A stretch of 64,000 nucleotides of DNA from Spirochaetia bacterium (GCA_963662795.1 OY759746.1:960001-1024000), one strand, 5' to 3'. Shown: positions 10,544-21,699, counted from the stretch's first letter. The notes: generated by a model from the letters alone, not told the origin. Numbers and translations: made by a program.

Positions 10544-13500
10544 CTTTCACCCAAAGGGTTATAGACCGCCCTGTCACTATAGTAATTGTTTTTATTCTGC
10601 TTATTGCGCTTGCTGTTTTTATGATCCCCGGAATCGCAATAGATCTGTTCCCTTCTGTTAATCCTCCTATTGTAGTTGTGAGAACATCATATGACGGGGC
10701 AGGAGCAGAAGAGGTTGAAAAAAACCTAACAATGCTGCTTGAGGGACAGCTTGCCAATGTAAGTGATCTTAAAGACATGACTTCTACCTCAAGTGAGGGC
10801 TTGAGTCTTATAATAATGGAATTTGACTTCGGTAAAGACCTTAATGAAGCGCTTGATGATATAAGAGACCAGCTTGAAATAATTTCGGACAGCCTGCCTG
10901 ACGACTGTGATTCCCCTGTCACATTTAAAATTGACCCGTCTGCCGAGGCTATTATGAGTCTGGTAGTAACGGGAGAGAAAACTCCCGAACAGCTGAGGGA
11001 AATAGCAGAAAATGATATAGAATCGATGATCGAAAGGGTAAGCGGCGTCTCCACAACCTCTGTCAAGGGGGGCAGAGGATCGGTAATCCGGGTGGAGGTA
11101 TTACAGAACAGGCTTGAAGCCTATAATCTCACCCTGACATCAGTATCTTCCGTTCTTGCCAGGCAGAACCTTCAGGTAGGCGGTGGAGACATAAAAAAAG
11201 GAGATATTGAATACTATATAAGAACTAACGAGGAATTCAGTTCGGTTGACGAAATAAGGGATACAGTTATCAGCACCAAAACAGTAACAGGAAGCGGAGG
11301 GATTGAGAGCACAAAAATCATAACTCTGGGAGATATTGCAGATGTCTTCCGGGGTTATGAAGATGCTGACTCAATTGTTACCATAAACGGGGAAAGCGGC
11401 GTCTATATTGAGGTAAAGAAGGAAAGCGGGACAAACAGCGTTAAGGTTGCTGAAAATGTAAAAGCATCTGTGGAGAAAGTTAACAAAAGCCTTCCTCCCG
11501 GGGTAAAACTCGAAATCCTGTATGATTCCACAGACATGATCGGAGGAGTCCTTGACACAGTTGTAAGATCTGCTATTCAGGGACTTCTTCTCGCAATGGG
11601 GATTCTCTTTTTTTTCCTGAGAAATATCAGGAGCACCATAATTGTAGGATTATCAATCCCGATTTCCATGCTTATAACAGTAATGTGCATGTATTTCTTT
11701 GATCTGACTCTCAATCTCATGACTCTTGCAGGCCTTATTCTTGGACTCGGAATGATAGTGGACGGCGCCATAGTAATTCTTGAAAATATTTATCAGTACA
11801 GGGAGAGAGGGACAAAGCTGAAAACTGCAGCAGCTCTCGGAAGCCATGAAATGTATATGGCTATTATTGCATCAAACCTTACCACAATCTGCGTATTTAT
11901 ACCGATCATAATTTTTAAAAATGATCTCGGAATGATGGGGCAGATATTCATGGACCTTGTTTTTACAATTGTCATATCGCTTCTTACTTCCCTTATTGTC
12001 GCACTTACCATTGTTCCCGTTCTCTGCAGCCATTATATAAAAATATATACATCAACCCAGAGACCTGTCAAAATCAGGTTTCTGGCAAAAATTGACTCTT
12101 TCATGTCAAAAGGGCAGGAACTGCTCGAAGAAGGCTATAAGAAAATTCTTGCAGGAGCCCTCGAAAACCGGGCGCTTGTTATTTTTACTGTTGTTCTTCT
12201 CCTGATATTCTCATTACAGCAGTTCCCTTCGCTCGGGATAGAACTTGTGCCGCAGATGGATGAAGATTCCGTAACACTTGAAGTTACTCTTCCTCCGGGT
12301 ACAACCCTTGAGAAGACCCAGGCTGTTCTTGAGGAAATGAAAAAAATGGCTGAAAAAGATATTAACGGATACAGTGATATAATACTCACGGCAGGAACAT
12401 CTGCAATGATGGGCAGCACTTCTTCATATAAGGGAAAGATGGAGATTGTACTATCTGATGAAAAAGGCGCGGACACAGACAAGGAAATAAAAAACAAACT
12501 AAGGAAATATTTTAATGATTTTCCTTCGGCGGAGTTTTCATTTTCCGCAGGAAGAAGGAGAATGGGGAATTCAAGCCCGGTGGATATTATTGTCAAGTCG
12601 GACAGTCTTGAAAAGGCGGTAGATACTGCCGACACAATACTTGCACTTATAAAGGAAAACCTTAAAGGTATTACAGATGCTGAAACAGATATGGATAAAG
12701 GGATTCCTCAGGTTCAGGTTGTAATTGACAGAAAAAGGGCTTATATACTCGGAGTTGATGTCAAGACAGTCGCCAATGAGATAAAGGCAAGCCTCGGAGG
12801 TATAACAGCCACGACATTCAGGGAAGATGGCGAAGAATATGATGTCCTGCTTGTTCTGAAGGAAAGCGACAGGGATGAAATACCTGATCTTGATAAAATA
12901 TCTGTAATAAGTTCTGAAGGTGAAAGAATTGCCGTTTCAAATATTGCTTCTCTTGTGGAGAATGAAGGACCGCTTGCAATAAACAGGGAGGATGAGATAA
13001 GAACGGTCCATGTGACAGGTGATCTTGCCAAAGGATATCCATCCAATGTTGCACTTGTAGATCTTAAAAAACTTGTCACTGACAACATAGTCGGTGATCC
13101 AGGCATAATTATTGAATACGGAGGAGATTTTGAGGACACGGCCGATTATACCAACAGTTTTTCTGTAATACTGATTATGGCAGCCCTTCTGGTTTTTGGC
13201 ATTATGGCAAGTCAGTTCGAATCATTAAAAGACCCTTTTATCATATTTTTCTCGATACCGCTCATGCTTATCGGTGTGATCTGGTTTTATAAACTTACAG
13301 GGGCTACATTCAGTATTTTTTCTGCAGTAGGGTTGGTTGTCCTTGTCGGTCTTGTTGTCAATAACGGGATTGTACTTGTAGACTATACGAACAGACTTAA
13401 AAACAGGGGGTATTCCGTAAGGAATGCATGTCTTGATGCCGCAGGCAGCAGGTTACGCCCAATACTTATGACAACCCTTACAACCATTCTCGGGATGCTC

Positions 13501-13689
13501 CCCCTTGCACTTTCTACCGGTGGCGATACCGCAATGGTACGGCCGACAGCTCAGACAATAATCGGCGGGTTATCCGTTAGTTCTTTTATAACCCTCTTTG
13601 TGACACCGGTAGTTTATTCGCTTCTTAACAGAAAAAAAAACAACTCCGGAAAAAACAGATTTGAAAGCAAAAGCATGGAGGCAGTTTAA
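10540..13689 (+). CDS. RND efflux permease (AcrB/SwrC-like)
   Basis: 1049 aa; GMIVDGAIVILENI, VVNNGIVLVD, RLRPILMTTLTT. Confidence 0.96.
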   Translation: MTFTQRVIDRPVTIVIVFILLIALAVFMIPGIAIDLFPSVNPPIVVVRTSYDGAGAEEVEKNLTMLLEGQLANVSDLKDMTSTSSEGLSLIIMEFDFGKDLNEALDDIRDQLEIISDSLPDDCDSPVTFKIDPSAEAIMSLVVTGEKTPEQLREIAENDIESMIERVSGVSTTSVKGGRGSVIRVEVLQNRLEAYNLTLTSVSSVLARQNLQVGGGDIKKGDIEYYIRTNEEFSSVDEIRDTVISTKTVTGSGGIESTKIITLGDIADVFRGYEDADSIVTINGESGVYIEVKKESGTNSVKVAENVKASVEKVNKSLPPGVKLEILYDSTDMIGGVLDTVVRSAIQGLLLAMGILFFFLRNIRSTIIVGLSIPISMLITVMCMYFFDLTLNLMTLAGLILGLGMIVDGAIVILENIYQYRERGTKLKTAAALGSHEMYMAIIASNLTTICVFIPIIIFKNDLGMMGQIFMDLVFTIVISLLTSLIVALTIVPVLCSHYIKIYTSTQRPVKIRFLAKIDSFMSKGQELLEEGYKKILAGALENRALVIFTVVLLLIFSLQQFPSLGIELVPQMDEDSVTLEVTLPPGTTLEKTQAVLEEMKKMAEKDINGYSDIILTAGTSAMMGSTSSYKGKMEIVLSDEKGADTDKEIKNKLRKYFNDFPSAEFSFSAGRRRMGNSSPVDIIVKSDSLEKAVDTADTILALIKENLKGITDAETDMDKGIPQVQVVIDRKRAYILGVDVKTVANEIKASLGGITATTFREDGEEYDVLLVLKESDRDEIPDLDKISVISSEGERIAVSNIASLVENEGPLAINREDEIRTVHVTGDLAKGYPSNVALVDLKKLVTDNIVGDPGIIIEYGGDFEDTADYTNSFSVILIMAALLVFGIMASQFESLKDPFIIFFSIPLMLIGVIWFYKLTGATFSIFSAVGLVVLVGLVVNNGIVLVDYTNRLKNRGYSVRNACLDAAGSRLRPILMTTLTTILGMLPLALSTGGDTAMVRPTAQTIIGGLSVSSFITLFVTPVVYSLLNRKKNNSGKNRFESKSMEAV

Positions 13690-13982
13690 TGTACAGATTC
13701 GAAATAATCGCAAATAATGCAGTAGAAGAAGATATAATGGAAGCACTCGCCAATAAAAAAGCAAGCCGGTTTTATACCCGTTTGAACGGAGTACATGGAA
13801 GCGGGTACAGTGATCCCAAAATGGGTAATCCTGTCTGGCCGGAAGAGAATTTCATCCTGATTATCTATTGTGATGATAAAGAGGAAATAAATATAAAAAG
13901 TGCGGTGGAATCAGTAAAATTGAAATTCCCTGATGAAGGGATAAGATGTTTTGCAATTCCTTTTCCGGATAAGCAGAATTAA
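13689..13982 (+). CDS. PII-like RND-associated small protein (PG0541-type)
   Basis: 97 aa, 1-nt overlap with RND gene; V.G.G...PKMG..VWPE.N motif typical of this family. Confidence 0.75.
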   Translation: MYRFEIIANNAVEEDIMEALANKKASRFYTRLNGVHGSGYSDPKMGNPVWPEENFILIIYCDDKEEINIKSAVESVKLKFPDEGIRCFAIPFPDKQN

Positions 13983-13988
13983 TTATTT

Positions 13989-14025
13989 CAGTTGAGGCAA
14001 TTCAAAAATTGTCTCAACTGTTTTT
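13989..14025 (+). terminator. Intrinsic terminator
   Basis: CAGTTGAGGCAATT-caaa-AATTGTCTCAACTG followed by TTTTT, between convergent genes. Confidence 0.8.
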
Positions 14026-14052
14026 CTGCTATTGAATATTTCCTAAACACTT

Positions 14053-15879
14053 TCAGGTTTTAAACCGCCCTATTTCGTTGTTAAGGTTATCAGTAGACTC
14101 ACCCAGTTCATCAGAAATCACAGTCATGGTTTCCATCACCCTGATGATCTCATCCGCGCCTGTCTGCATTTCAGACATCGCATTTGAAACCGAACTTGAA
14201 ATATCTTTTACGTTTTTCATAGCTTTCGAGGCTTTTTCGGTAGATGTCTGCATCTGGGATGCCTGGTCTCTTACAGAGACAGATGTTCCCTGCAGTTCTG
14301 TAATAGCTTCCAGTATCTGCCGTCCACCGGTATTTAATTCCTGGGTGCTTGCATTTATTTCACTCAGGCCATGAGAAACCTCTTCTATCTCGGCAGTTAT
14401 GCTTTCATAAGAATCCCTTGTTTTTATGCTTGATTCTGTGGCTGCCTGAATATCCTCAACCATATTTTTCAGAACTGTGGAAATATCCTTAACATTCGTA
14501 CTTGACGATTCCGCGAGTTTTCTTATCTCGCCGGCCACAACGGCAAATCCCCTGCCGGCATCTCCGGCATGGGCTGCTTCAATGGCGGCATTCATCGCAA
14601 GAAGGTTGGTCTGTGCGGCAATATTTGAAATTGTATCTGTCATCTTTTTTATTGCATCAATATTGTTGTTTATCCCCTGAACCATGTTGACGGTCCTGTT
14701 AAGTATTTCCCTGCTTGATGCCGCATTCTCTGACAATTTCCTGGTAGCCTCCTCACGTCTTGTCGCTATACTGGCTACATTGGATATTGAAGATATCATT
14801 TCTGTTATAGAAGCTGTGGACTGTTCTGTCATGGCCGACTGTGTTTCAATATCTTTATCCAGACTCCTGATGTTGTTTGTTATATCTTCAATACTAATTG
14901 AAGTATCCCTGATATTTCTGTCCAGGACCTGTATCTGTTCGTTGATATTTCTGATCGTTGCGGATATCTCTATTACTGAGGCATTTGCCTCCTCTGTGTT
15001 GACAGCAAGGGTCTGGCGGGATTCACTCGTTCTTGCTGCCACATTCTTGATATTGAGGACAATCTGCCTCAGTTTTTCTATAAAACTGTTAAAATAAGAG
15101 GCAAAAATTCCTATTTCATCTTTGCGGTCAATTGCAAGGACAGAGGAAAGATCCCCCTCCCCTTCAGCGATACCGCTAATCAATTTATTGGCCCTGTCCA
15201 GAGGTTTTCTGACTGTAAAATATACAAAAATAATCATAATCGGAACAAAAAACAGTACCAGGAGGATCAAAACCATGTAAACCATATTGGTCCGCTCCCC
15301 AAGTTTTACAATATGCTGATACTCCTGATCAGCAAGTGTAAGCGATACTCCGGTCAGCAGATCCATCTGGTTGCGCATATTCTCGAAATAGTCCCTGTAA
15401 AGTCCTTTATGGTATATCGTAAAAGCCTCATTCACATCTTCCGGACTTCCCTTTGCCTTCTGAAGAATTACATCAATTATATTTTTCCAGGAAGAGTATT
15501 GCTGATGAAAGGTTTCTATCTGTCCGTCCGACTCTGTCGAATAGCCTTTTATAAGAGGTTCAAAATTATTAAATCTGTCTTCCACCTGCTGTCTGTTTGT
15601 AACAACATTGTCTATAAGACTATCGTATTCAGCGTCAGGATTTCCTGTAAGGTATTCATATAGAAGGTCGAAAAGCCCAAGATTGGATTGGTAGGCATCA
15701 CGGTCAGCCTCAATCAGATAGTCAATGCTTACAAGACGTACTTTATATATCGACTCCGCATTGTCTCTTAATGAGTTCAGGTTGAAGACATTAAGAAATA
15801 TTCCCCCGCCCAGCAGAACCATAAAAATAATAAAGGCAAGGGTAATTTTTACCTGAAAAGTAATATCTCTGAATTTCAT
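14053..15879 (-). CDS. Methyl-accepting chemotaxis protein (4-helix-bundle sensor, HAMP)
   Basis: Two TM helices, HAMP (RKDEIG), hairpin tip [38 protein letters not shown]; GGAGG RBS. Confidence 0.96.
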   Translation of the reverse strand: MKFRDITFQVKITLAFIIFMVLLGGGIFLNVFNLNSLRDNAESIYKVRLVSIDYLIEADRDAYQSNLGLFDLLYEYLTGNPDAEYDSLIDNVVTNRQQVEDRFNNFEPLIKGYSTESDGQIETFHQQYSSWKNIIDVILQKAKGSPEDVNEAFTIYHKGLYRDYFENMRNQMDLLTGVSLTLADQEYQHIVKLGERTNMVYMVLILLVLFFVPIMIIFVYFTVRKPLDRANKLISGIAEGEGDLSSVLAIDRKDEIGIFASYFNSFIEKLRQIVLNIKNVAARTSESRQTLAVNTEEANASVIEISATIRNINEQIQVLDRNIRDTSISIEDITNNIRSLDKDIETQSAMTEQSTASITEMISSISNVASIATRREEATRKLSENAASSREILNRTVNMVQGINNNIDAIKKMTDTISNIAAQTNLLAMNAAIEAAHAGDAGRGFAVVAGEIRKLAESSSTNVKDISTVLKNMVEDIQAATESSIKTRDSYESITAEIEEVSHGLSEINASTQELNTGGRQILEAITELQGTSVSVRDQASQMQTSTEKASKAMKNVKDISSSVSNAMSEMQTGADEIIRVMETMTVISDELGESTDNLNNEIGRFKT

Positions 15880-16238
15880 AAATTCCTCCAGATATAAAGT
15901 GTTTTGCAGGTGCGATGCTATTATAATTATATATTAGTATAAATTTATATTGAAAAATGAAAATTCCTGTAAAAAGTACCGAATCCCGGCTTTTATTTAA
16001 TATTTTTCACCTTTTCAGAGGCAGATACGGCCAGGATCCGGAAGAGGGTCTTCATTTGAAACCGCGGCCATATTGAAGAAGGAATCTGACAACCACCATA
16101 TGCAATAAATATTGACGGAAGTTCAAAATAAAGCCTTGTCCCTGAAAATTTCCTTAATAAGGATCAAGTCCTGATTTTTTTTAATAAAACATTCCGGTTT
16201 AGGGTATTTTGTTTTACAATTATTATGGAGAGAACAGA

Positions 16239-19007
16239 TTGAAAGGATTTAATGAGAAAATACCGGGCAGATGGGCCGCCTGGTCCGTAACACAATATAA
16301 AAAAGCGCTTCTGCTTGTATTACTCATAACAGCTGCTGCCGGCATCGGAATTTCCTTTTTGTCAATGGAGATGACCTTTTTTTCAATACTCCCCAGGGAA
16401 TCTTCCCAGGTGAGAGACCTTGAAAAAATCACACAGGAATTTGCCTCCTCTTCACAGATTATTCTGGTCATTGATGCAAGGGATATTGAGGACCCTTCAG
16501 AAGCGGAGAAAACTGTCAGGAAAACAATAAAAGCCATGACAGAGGAATTCTCAAAGCCCAGGTGGTCAGGAACGCTTTCAGGAGTTACTTCAGGGACAGA
16601 CATTGATTTTATCAGAAAGCACTCAATGATGCTTACCGGTCCGGAAGACCAGAGGCGGATAATTGATATTTTCGGGAACCCCGATTTTGTCCCCTTTCTG
16701 ACCCGCCTTAATGATGACTTTGAAAGGGAATACTCAGGAAATGATAAAAATCTTGAGGATGATGAGGTGGAAGCAACTGCACAAATAAGGGGACTTGCGC
16801 AGATACTTAACCTCCTTGAAAATCAACTTTCCGGAAAATTTTTTTCAGATAATGATATGGATGCGGCACTGGATCAGTTTCTTTTCGGTGATTCCCTCAT
16901 ACTAAGCCGGAACAATAAAATGGGAATCATCATGCTCAGGCCCGGTTTTACTGTGGATGATTTTTTAAGGTTTACGGAAATTGAGGACCTTGAAAAGCGG
17001 GCTAATGAAATTGCTGCCGGTTTTGGCGTAAGGGCTGGATTTACAGGATTTCTTGTCGTTGGAAAAGATGAGATGGTAACATCCGAACAGGGCCTGGGAG
17101 CCTCTATGGCCGCGGCTTTTATTATAGTCATTCTCCTGATGGTCCTGGTTTTCAGGATGAAATCCGTACCGCTGATTGCGGGAGTTCCCCTTTTTCTCGG
17201 GATATTCTGGACAGCCGGGATTACAGGCTTTGTCGTTCACAGGCTTAACATAATGACAGCCATGTATATGGTAGCTCTCATAGGGCTCGGGATTGATTAT
17301 GCCATCCATATTCTCTCTTCCTATATCCAGTTCCGGGATCAGGGGCTGGATTTTAAACCGGCCATAATTAAAGCATACAGCACCAGCGGTCCCGGTATTA
17401 TAACCGGAGGCCTTACAACCGCGGCGGCCTTTCTCGCACTTATGTTTGCAAGAACGTCAATGGTAAGCGAGCTCGGACTGGTGGCAGGCCTCGGTATTCT
17501 CTGTGAAATGACAGCAATGCTCATGCTGATTCCCCCTTTACTTGCCATGCGTCACAACAGGCTTATGAATAAGGGGAAACCCGACAGCGTACACTTCGGA
17601 AAAATAAAAATCAGGTCAAATATGGCTTCCGGTCTTGGAAAGATGGTAGTACGCAGACCCGGGTTTTATGTACTGCTTCTTTTTTTCACAGGAATCGCGC
17701 TGGCCACACAGGCAGGGAAAGTCCGGATCGAAGACAACATGATGAATATGGAAGCCAGGGGTTTAAAGTCAATTGAGCTTCAGGACACTCTTGTGGAAGA
17801 GTTTTCAATGGCAGTGGATGGACTTCAAATCATCTCAGGCGATCTTGATGAAATAAGCCCCCTTTCAGATAAACTAAAAAATCTTGAGTCTGTAAAATCT
17901 GTCGAAGCTGTTTCCATTTTTCTTCCCGGCGGCAGAGAATACATGGAAAGGCTGCCGTTCACAAATGAATTAAAAATCATACTTTCAAATGCAGATGAAT
18001 CGCAAGCAGTTGATGCCGCCTCTTTAAGGGATGAACTTTACCGCCTTGAAATGAACCTGATTGAAATGGGCGACATGGCTTATCTGGGGCAGATGAGGAG
18101 GCTCAGCAATGAACTTAACAGCCTTACAGCTCTTGATGAAAACGGGGTAAAGACCGGGCAGAGTGTTTTTGACAGGATTGGGTTTACCCTTGAAAATCCG
18201 GCTGAGAATGTGCAGGACAGCCTGGATAGTTTCCAGAATAAAATGCGCGTCCCGTTACTTGCAAGGCTTAATGATATGTCAAACACGGAAAAAATCACTC
18301 AGGACTCACTTCCGGATTCAGTTAAGGATTCCTATATCTCGAAGGACGGAAAATCCTATCTGATATCAATTATTCCCAGGCAGAACCCATGGGAGGGGGA
18401 TTTCAGGAAAATCCTTGCAGCTCAGACAGCTTCCGTTACAAACCGCGCCACCGGAATGATACTTGCAGCGGACCAGATGAATAATGCCGCAAGAATTGAC
18501 GGCCTCTTTGCGGTGAAAATAGCGGTAACTGCAGTTTTTTTACTCCTTCTCCTGGATTTCCGGAACATCAAACTTGCGGCAATCACATTTATCCCCCTTA
18601 TAATGTCATTCGCCGGGCTTTTTGGAATCATGGCGGTAACAGGAATAAAATTTGATTTTCTGAATATCATCTCAATACCGCTGCTGATCGGCATCGGGGT
18701 TGATAACGCCGTCCACATCAATCACCGTTATCTGCTGGAAGGTAAAGGAAACATGGACAAAGTCATCGGCGCGACAGGCACTGCTGTTTTCCTTGCGACA
18801 CTGACTACAATTATAGGATTCGGGTCTTTTATCCCTTCCATCATGAGGGCAATGAGGGGAACGGGGATAGTGCTTGTCATAGCTATGGCGCTGGCCTTTA
18901 TCAACTCTGTACTTCTTTACCCCGGAATACTTATTTATATACGCGAAAAGGCGGGATGGTCTATTATGCCTTGGGGCAGAGGGAAAAAGGAGCAGTATAA
19001 TGAATAA
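16239..19007 (+). CDS. MMPL/HpnN-like RND family lipid transporter
   Basis: Two repeats of TM-large periplasmic domain-5TM; GLGIDYAIH and GIGVDNAVH motifs; GGAGAG RBS before TTG 16239. Confidence 0.88.
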   Translation: MKGFNEKIPGRWAAWSVTQYKKALLLVLLITAAAGIGISFLSMEMTFFSILPRESSQVRDLEKITQEFASSSQIILVIDARDIEDPSEAEKTVRKTIKAMTEEFSKPRWSGTLSGVTSGTDIDFIRKHSMMLTGPEDQRRIIDIFGNPDFVPFLTRLNDDFEREYSGNDKNLEDDEVEATAQIRGLAQILNLLENQLSGKFFSDNDMDAALDQFLFGDSLILSRNNKMGIIMLRPGFTVDDFLRFTEIEDLEKRANEIAAGFGVRAGFTGFLVVGKDEMVTSEQGLGASMAAAFIIVILLMVLVFRMKSVPLIAGVPLFLGIFWTAGITGFVVHRLNIMTAMYMVALIGLGIDYAIHILSSYIQFRDQGLDFKPAIIKAYSTSGPGIITGGLTTAAAFLALMFARTSMVSELGLVAGLGILCEMTAMLMLIPPLLAMRHNRLMNKGKPDSVHFGKIKIRSNMASGLGKMVVRRPGFYVLLLFFTGIALATQAGKVRIEDNMMNMEARGLKSIELQDTLVEEFSMAVDGLQIISGDLDEISPLSDKLKNLESVKSVEAVSIFLPGGREYMERLPFTNELKIILSNADESQAVDAASLRDELYRLEMNLIEMGDMAYLGQMRRLSNELNSLTALDENGVKTGQSVFDRIGFTLENPAENVQDSLDSFQNKMRVPLLARLNDMSNTEKITQDSLPDSVKDSYISKDGKSYLISIIPRQNPWEGDFRKILAAQTASVTNRATGMILAADQMNNAARIDGLFAVKIAVTAVFLLLLLDFRNIKLAAITFIPLIMSFAGLFGIMAVTGIKFDFLNIISIPLLIGIGVDNAVHINHRYLLEGKGNMDKVIGATGTAVFLATLTTIIGFGSFIPSIMRAMRGTGIVLVIAMALAFINSVLLYPGILIYIREKAGWSIMPWGRGKKEQYNE

Positions 19008-19767
19008 AAAAACTTACTATGCAGCAGTATCAATGCTTTTATGGGGACTTGCCTCAATCGGGGCCCAGACAGCGCAGGAGATAATTGAAAAGGCTGACAG
19101 GATTTTCACGGTAAACAATCAGCTGTACCAGAGGTGCAGCATGACGATTACAAAAGGCGGAAAAGAGCTGCCTGTCCAGATTATGGACTCCTGGTACCTG
19201 AAAGAAGATAGAGTGTCAAAAAGCCTTACCCTGTTTATCAAACCGGAGCGGGTAAAGGGAACTGCATACCTTACAATAGGGGATGACCTCTGGGTAAAAT
19301 TTTCATCAACCGGGAGGATCAGAAAAATGAGTTCCTCCGCCAAGAAGAACTCAGCAGGGGGCAGCGATTTTTCATACAGCGATATGGGTGAAGGAAATGA
19401 CGGGTTTGCTGTAAAATACCGCGGCGCCATCGACGGAAGTGAAAAAATCAGCGGAATGCAGTGCTACCGCATCGTACTCACACCCCGGGGAACATCGGAT
19501 GATGTCTATGAAAAAGCTGTCGCCTGGATATCTGAAAGTGATTTCAGATATCTGAAGATTGAGCTTTATGAGAACGGGGCTCACATCAAGACCATGTCCT
19601 TAACTGACTACAAACCCCTGAAGAACATTTTATACCCATACACAGTCAGTATGGAAAGTCTGGCCCGGAATTCAGTTTCAGTCATCGAGACACTTGAAAT
19701 TGAAGCAGACAGCCCGAAAGTGGAAAGCCGGTTCTTCAGCCAGTCCTGGATGGAGTCTGCAAAATGA
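19000..19767 (+). CDS. LolA-like 'outer membrane lipoprotein-sorting' protein
   Basis: Signal peptide; P..VKGTAYL, GSDFSYSDM motif of the LolA-like family. Confidence 0.88.
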   Translation: MNKKTYYAAVSMLLWGLASIGAQTAQEIIEKADRIFTVNNQLYQRCSMTITKGGKELPVQIMDSWYLKEDRVSKSLTLFIKPERVKGTAYLTIGDDLWVKFSSTGRIRKMSSSAKKNSAGGSDFSYSDMGEGNDGFAVKYRGAIDGSEKISGMQCYRIVLTPRGTSDDVYEKAVAWISESDFRYLKIELYENGAHIKTMSLTDYKPLKNILYPYTVSMESLARNSVSVIETLEIEADSPKVESRFFSQSWMESAK

Positions 19768-19777
19768 GGAAGTTGCT

Positions 19778-21037
19778 ATGCAGAGTCTGAAAAATCTTTT
19801 TTCGGCATTATTTATCCTTATCATCCTCGCTCTCCCCGGCAGCATCTTTGCTGTTTCATTTTACGGAAAGGCGGAAACCCTCTTTGATTTCATGTTTCCG
19901 ATAGAGACAGGGTCAGACAGGTATGACTCACTGTTAAATCCCCACAATATAGCGGGGATAAATGACATATCAGCCGCAGCAGATGTTACAGTTAAGCTTG
20001 AAGATGAAGGTGAAAAAGGGAATTTTGCCCTTTGGGTAACGCTTGACTCGGAAACGGATACGGGAAGTTATGACAAGGCGGAACTCGATCTGCTGCGACT
20101 CACTTACGACTGGCGCATAACTGATACAATGCGGATAACAGCCGGGCGCATGAGCTTTTTAACCGGCTACGGATACGGATGGAATCCCATGGATCTTGCA
20201 AACCCGCTTAAAGATCCGTCAAATCCTGATCAGGAGCTTAAAGGGGTGGATGCCGTTTCATTTACATGGGACAGGGGCGGATTTTTTCAGGCCAGGGGGT
20301 ACACATTGCTTCAGACATCAGAGCCCGGCCGCATCGCATACGAAGAGGTAAAAGCAGGCGCGGAACTTACCTTTCTTCTCCCTCTGACAGAATTAAAACT
20401 CTCAGCCCTTACCGGGGCAGAACCTGATACAGGCAGGATTGAAAGTCTGCCCCGATCAATCGGGATGGGCTTTCTTATGGATATTGCAGGGGCCGGAATT
20501 TACGCCGAAGGAGCATTCAGGGAAAGACGGCGAACAGGAGTTCCGGGAGACAGCGGCGATTATGAGCTGAGGGCAGATGATGATCCGGTGTTCTCGGCTC
20601 TTGCCGGAATTGAATACTATTTCAAGTCGGAACTTGCGCTCATTGCGGAATATTTTTACAACGGTGAAGGATTCGGTCGGGGTGAGCGCTCTGATTTCAA
20701 AGAAGCCTTAAAATACTATAACAGCACAACAACAGGGTACGCGCCTGAAGAATACTATGAACTCTACAGGCCGGGATATTTTGCACGGCATTATCTGCTT
20801 TTAAACCTGACCTTCCCATTATATGATCTTGAATCAGAAACAGGTCTTACCGTTATCGGATCTCCGGATTCGCGCATGATTTCAGCAACCCCCCGGTGGA
20901 AGATACTGCCTGCCGGAAGTTTTGAGATTGAAATATCATACTCAGGCCTTTTCAGCCTGGACGACGGACAGTACAATGAGGCATGGCTTTCCCCGCTAAA
21001 ACACAGCGCATCACTTGCAACAACTTATCACTTTTAA
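19778..21037 (+). CDS. Putative outer-membrane beta-barrel protein
   Basis: Signal peptide from ATG 19778; G.G..WNPMD, GVDAV, EYFYNG motifs; alternating beta-strand pattern; C-terminal YHF. Confidence 0.7.
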   Translation: MQSLKNLFSALFILIILALPGSIFAVSFYGKAETLFDFMFPIETGSDRYDSLLNPHNIAGINDISAAADVTVKLEDEGEKGNFALWVTLDSETDTGSYDKAELDLLRLTYDWRITDTMRITAGRMSFLTGYGYGWNPMDLANPLKDPSNPDQELKGVDAVSFTWDRGGFFQARGYTLLQTSEPGRIAYEEVKAGAELTFLLPLTELKLSALTGAEPDTGRIESLPRSIGMGFLMDIAGAGIYAEGAFRERRRTGVPGDSGDYELRADDDPVFSALAGIEYYFKSELALIAEYFYNGEGFGRGERSDFKEALKYYNSTTTGYAPEEYYELYRPGYFARHYLLLNLTFPLYDLESETGLTVIGSPDSRMISATPRWKILPAGSFEIEISYSGLFSLDDGQYNEAWLSPLKHSASLATTYHF

Positions 21038-21099
21038 TTTTTTTGGTTAGGAGACGGTATGAGACACACAGAATGATGCTATAGGCTTCAATTTGTTTA

Positions 21100-21309
21100 T
21101 CAGTTTATTTTTCGTTTTTCCATCAATTGCCCTGTAATATATTTATGAAGAACGCTTTTAACAAAAGTCTGATATTTTAGACCCTGGCTATTTGCTAATT
21201 CCTTAATTTTTTTTAATTCATAAGGATCAGTTCTTATATATATTTTTGTCTCTTTCTTGAGAAATTTTAAAGTTGCATTTTTAAATGCCACGGATGCATA
21301 TGATTCCAT
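21100..21309 (-). CDS. CopG/RHH-type antitoxin, probably N-terminally truncated
   Basis: KKETKIYIR...ELKKIKELANSQGLKYQTFVKSVLHKY resembles the 'GIPYQTLI.S.LHKY' antitoxin family; shorter than usual. Confidence 0.7.
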   Translation of the reverse strand: MESYASVAFKNATLKFLKKETKIYIRTDPYELKKIKELANSQGLKYQTFVKSVLHKYITGQLMEKRKIN

Positions 21310-21322
21310 TATTTTTTTATTT

Positions 21323-21579
21323 TCATCCTCCTTGTTTATGAGATACCAGAAATTTTCTATTGGGGAAAATAGTTTTCAAATACCATGTACTTCCATTTCT
21401 CACATACGGTATACAATATGGATAATCATCATCCATTGATTGGGATATTTTTTCTCATTAGGGTTTTATAAATTTAATAAAATTCCATTCCCGGATATTG
21501 CTTCAATAATCTGGTGGAATGTAATTCCATGCTCGCTAAAAAGAATTTCATTTTTTTCTTTATTGAAATCAAACTCCAT
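21323..21579 (-). pseudogene. BrnT/DUF4258-like toxin pseudogene
   Basis: MEFDFNKEKNEILFSEHGITFHQIIEAI...LNL*NPNEKKYPNQ (in-frame TAA at 21468-21466), then frameshift to DDYPYCIPYVRNGSTWYLKTIFPNRKF. Confidence 0.8.
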
Positions 21580-21699
21580 GAGTTAAAATAGCTTTTGTGC
21601 GCACTTTGTCAATCATTTATTTTTAAAGTATTTCTTGCTTATTTACCTGAGATAGAAACTATATCCTGCCAGAACAAAGGAAGCAGGCACACCCGGTGA

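Noticed and set aside
15880-16238. c-di-GMP riboswitch or sRNA upstream of the MCP
   Set aside because: No GCAAA/GAAA/GACGCAAAG pattern and no convincing structure found.
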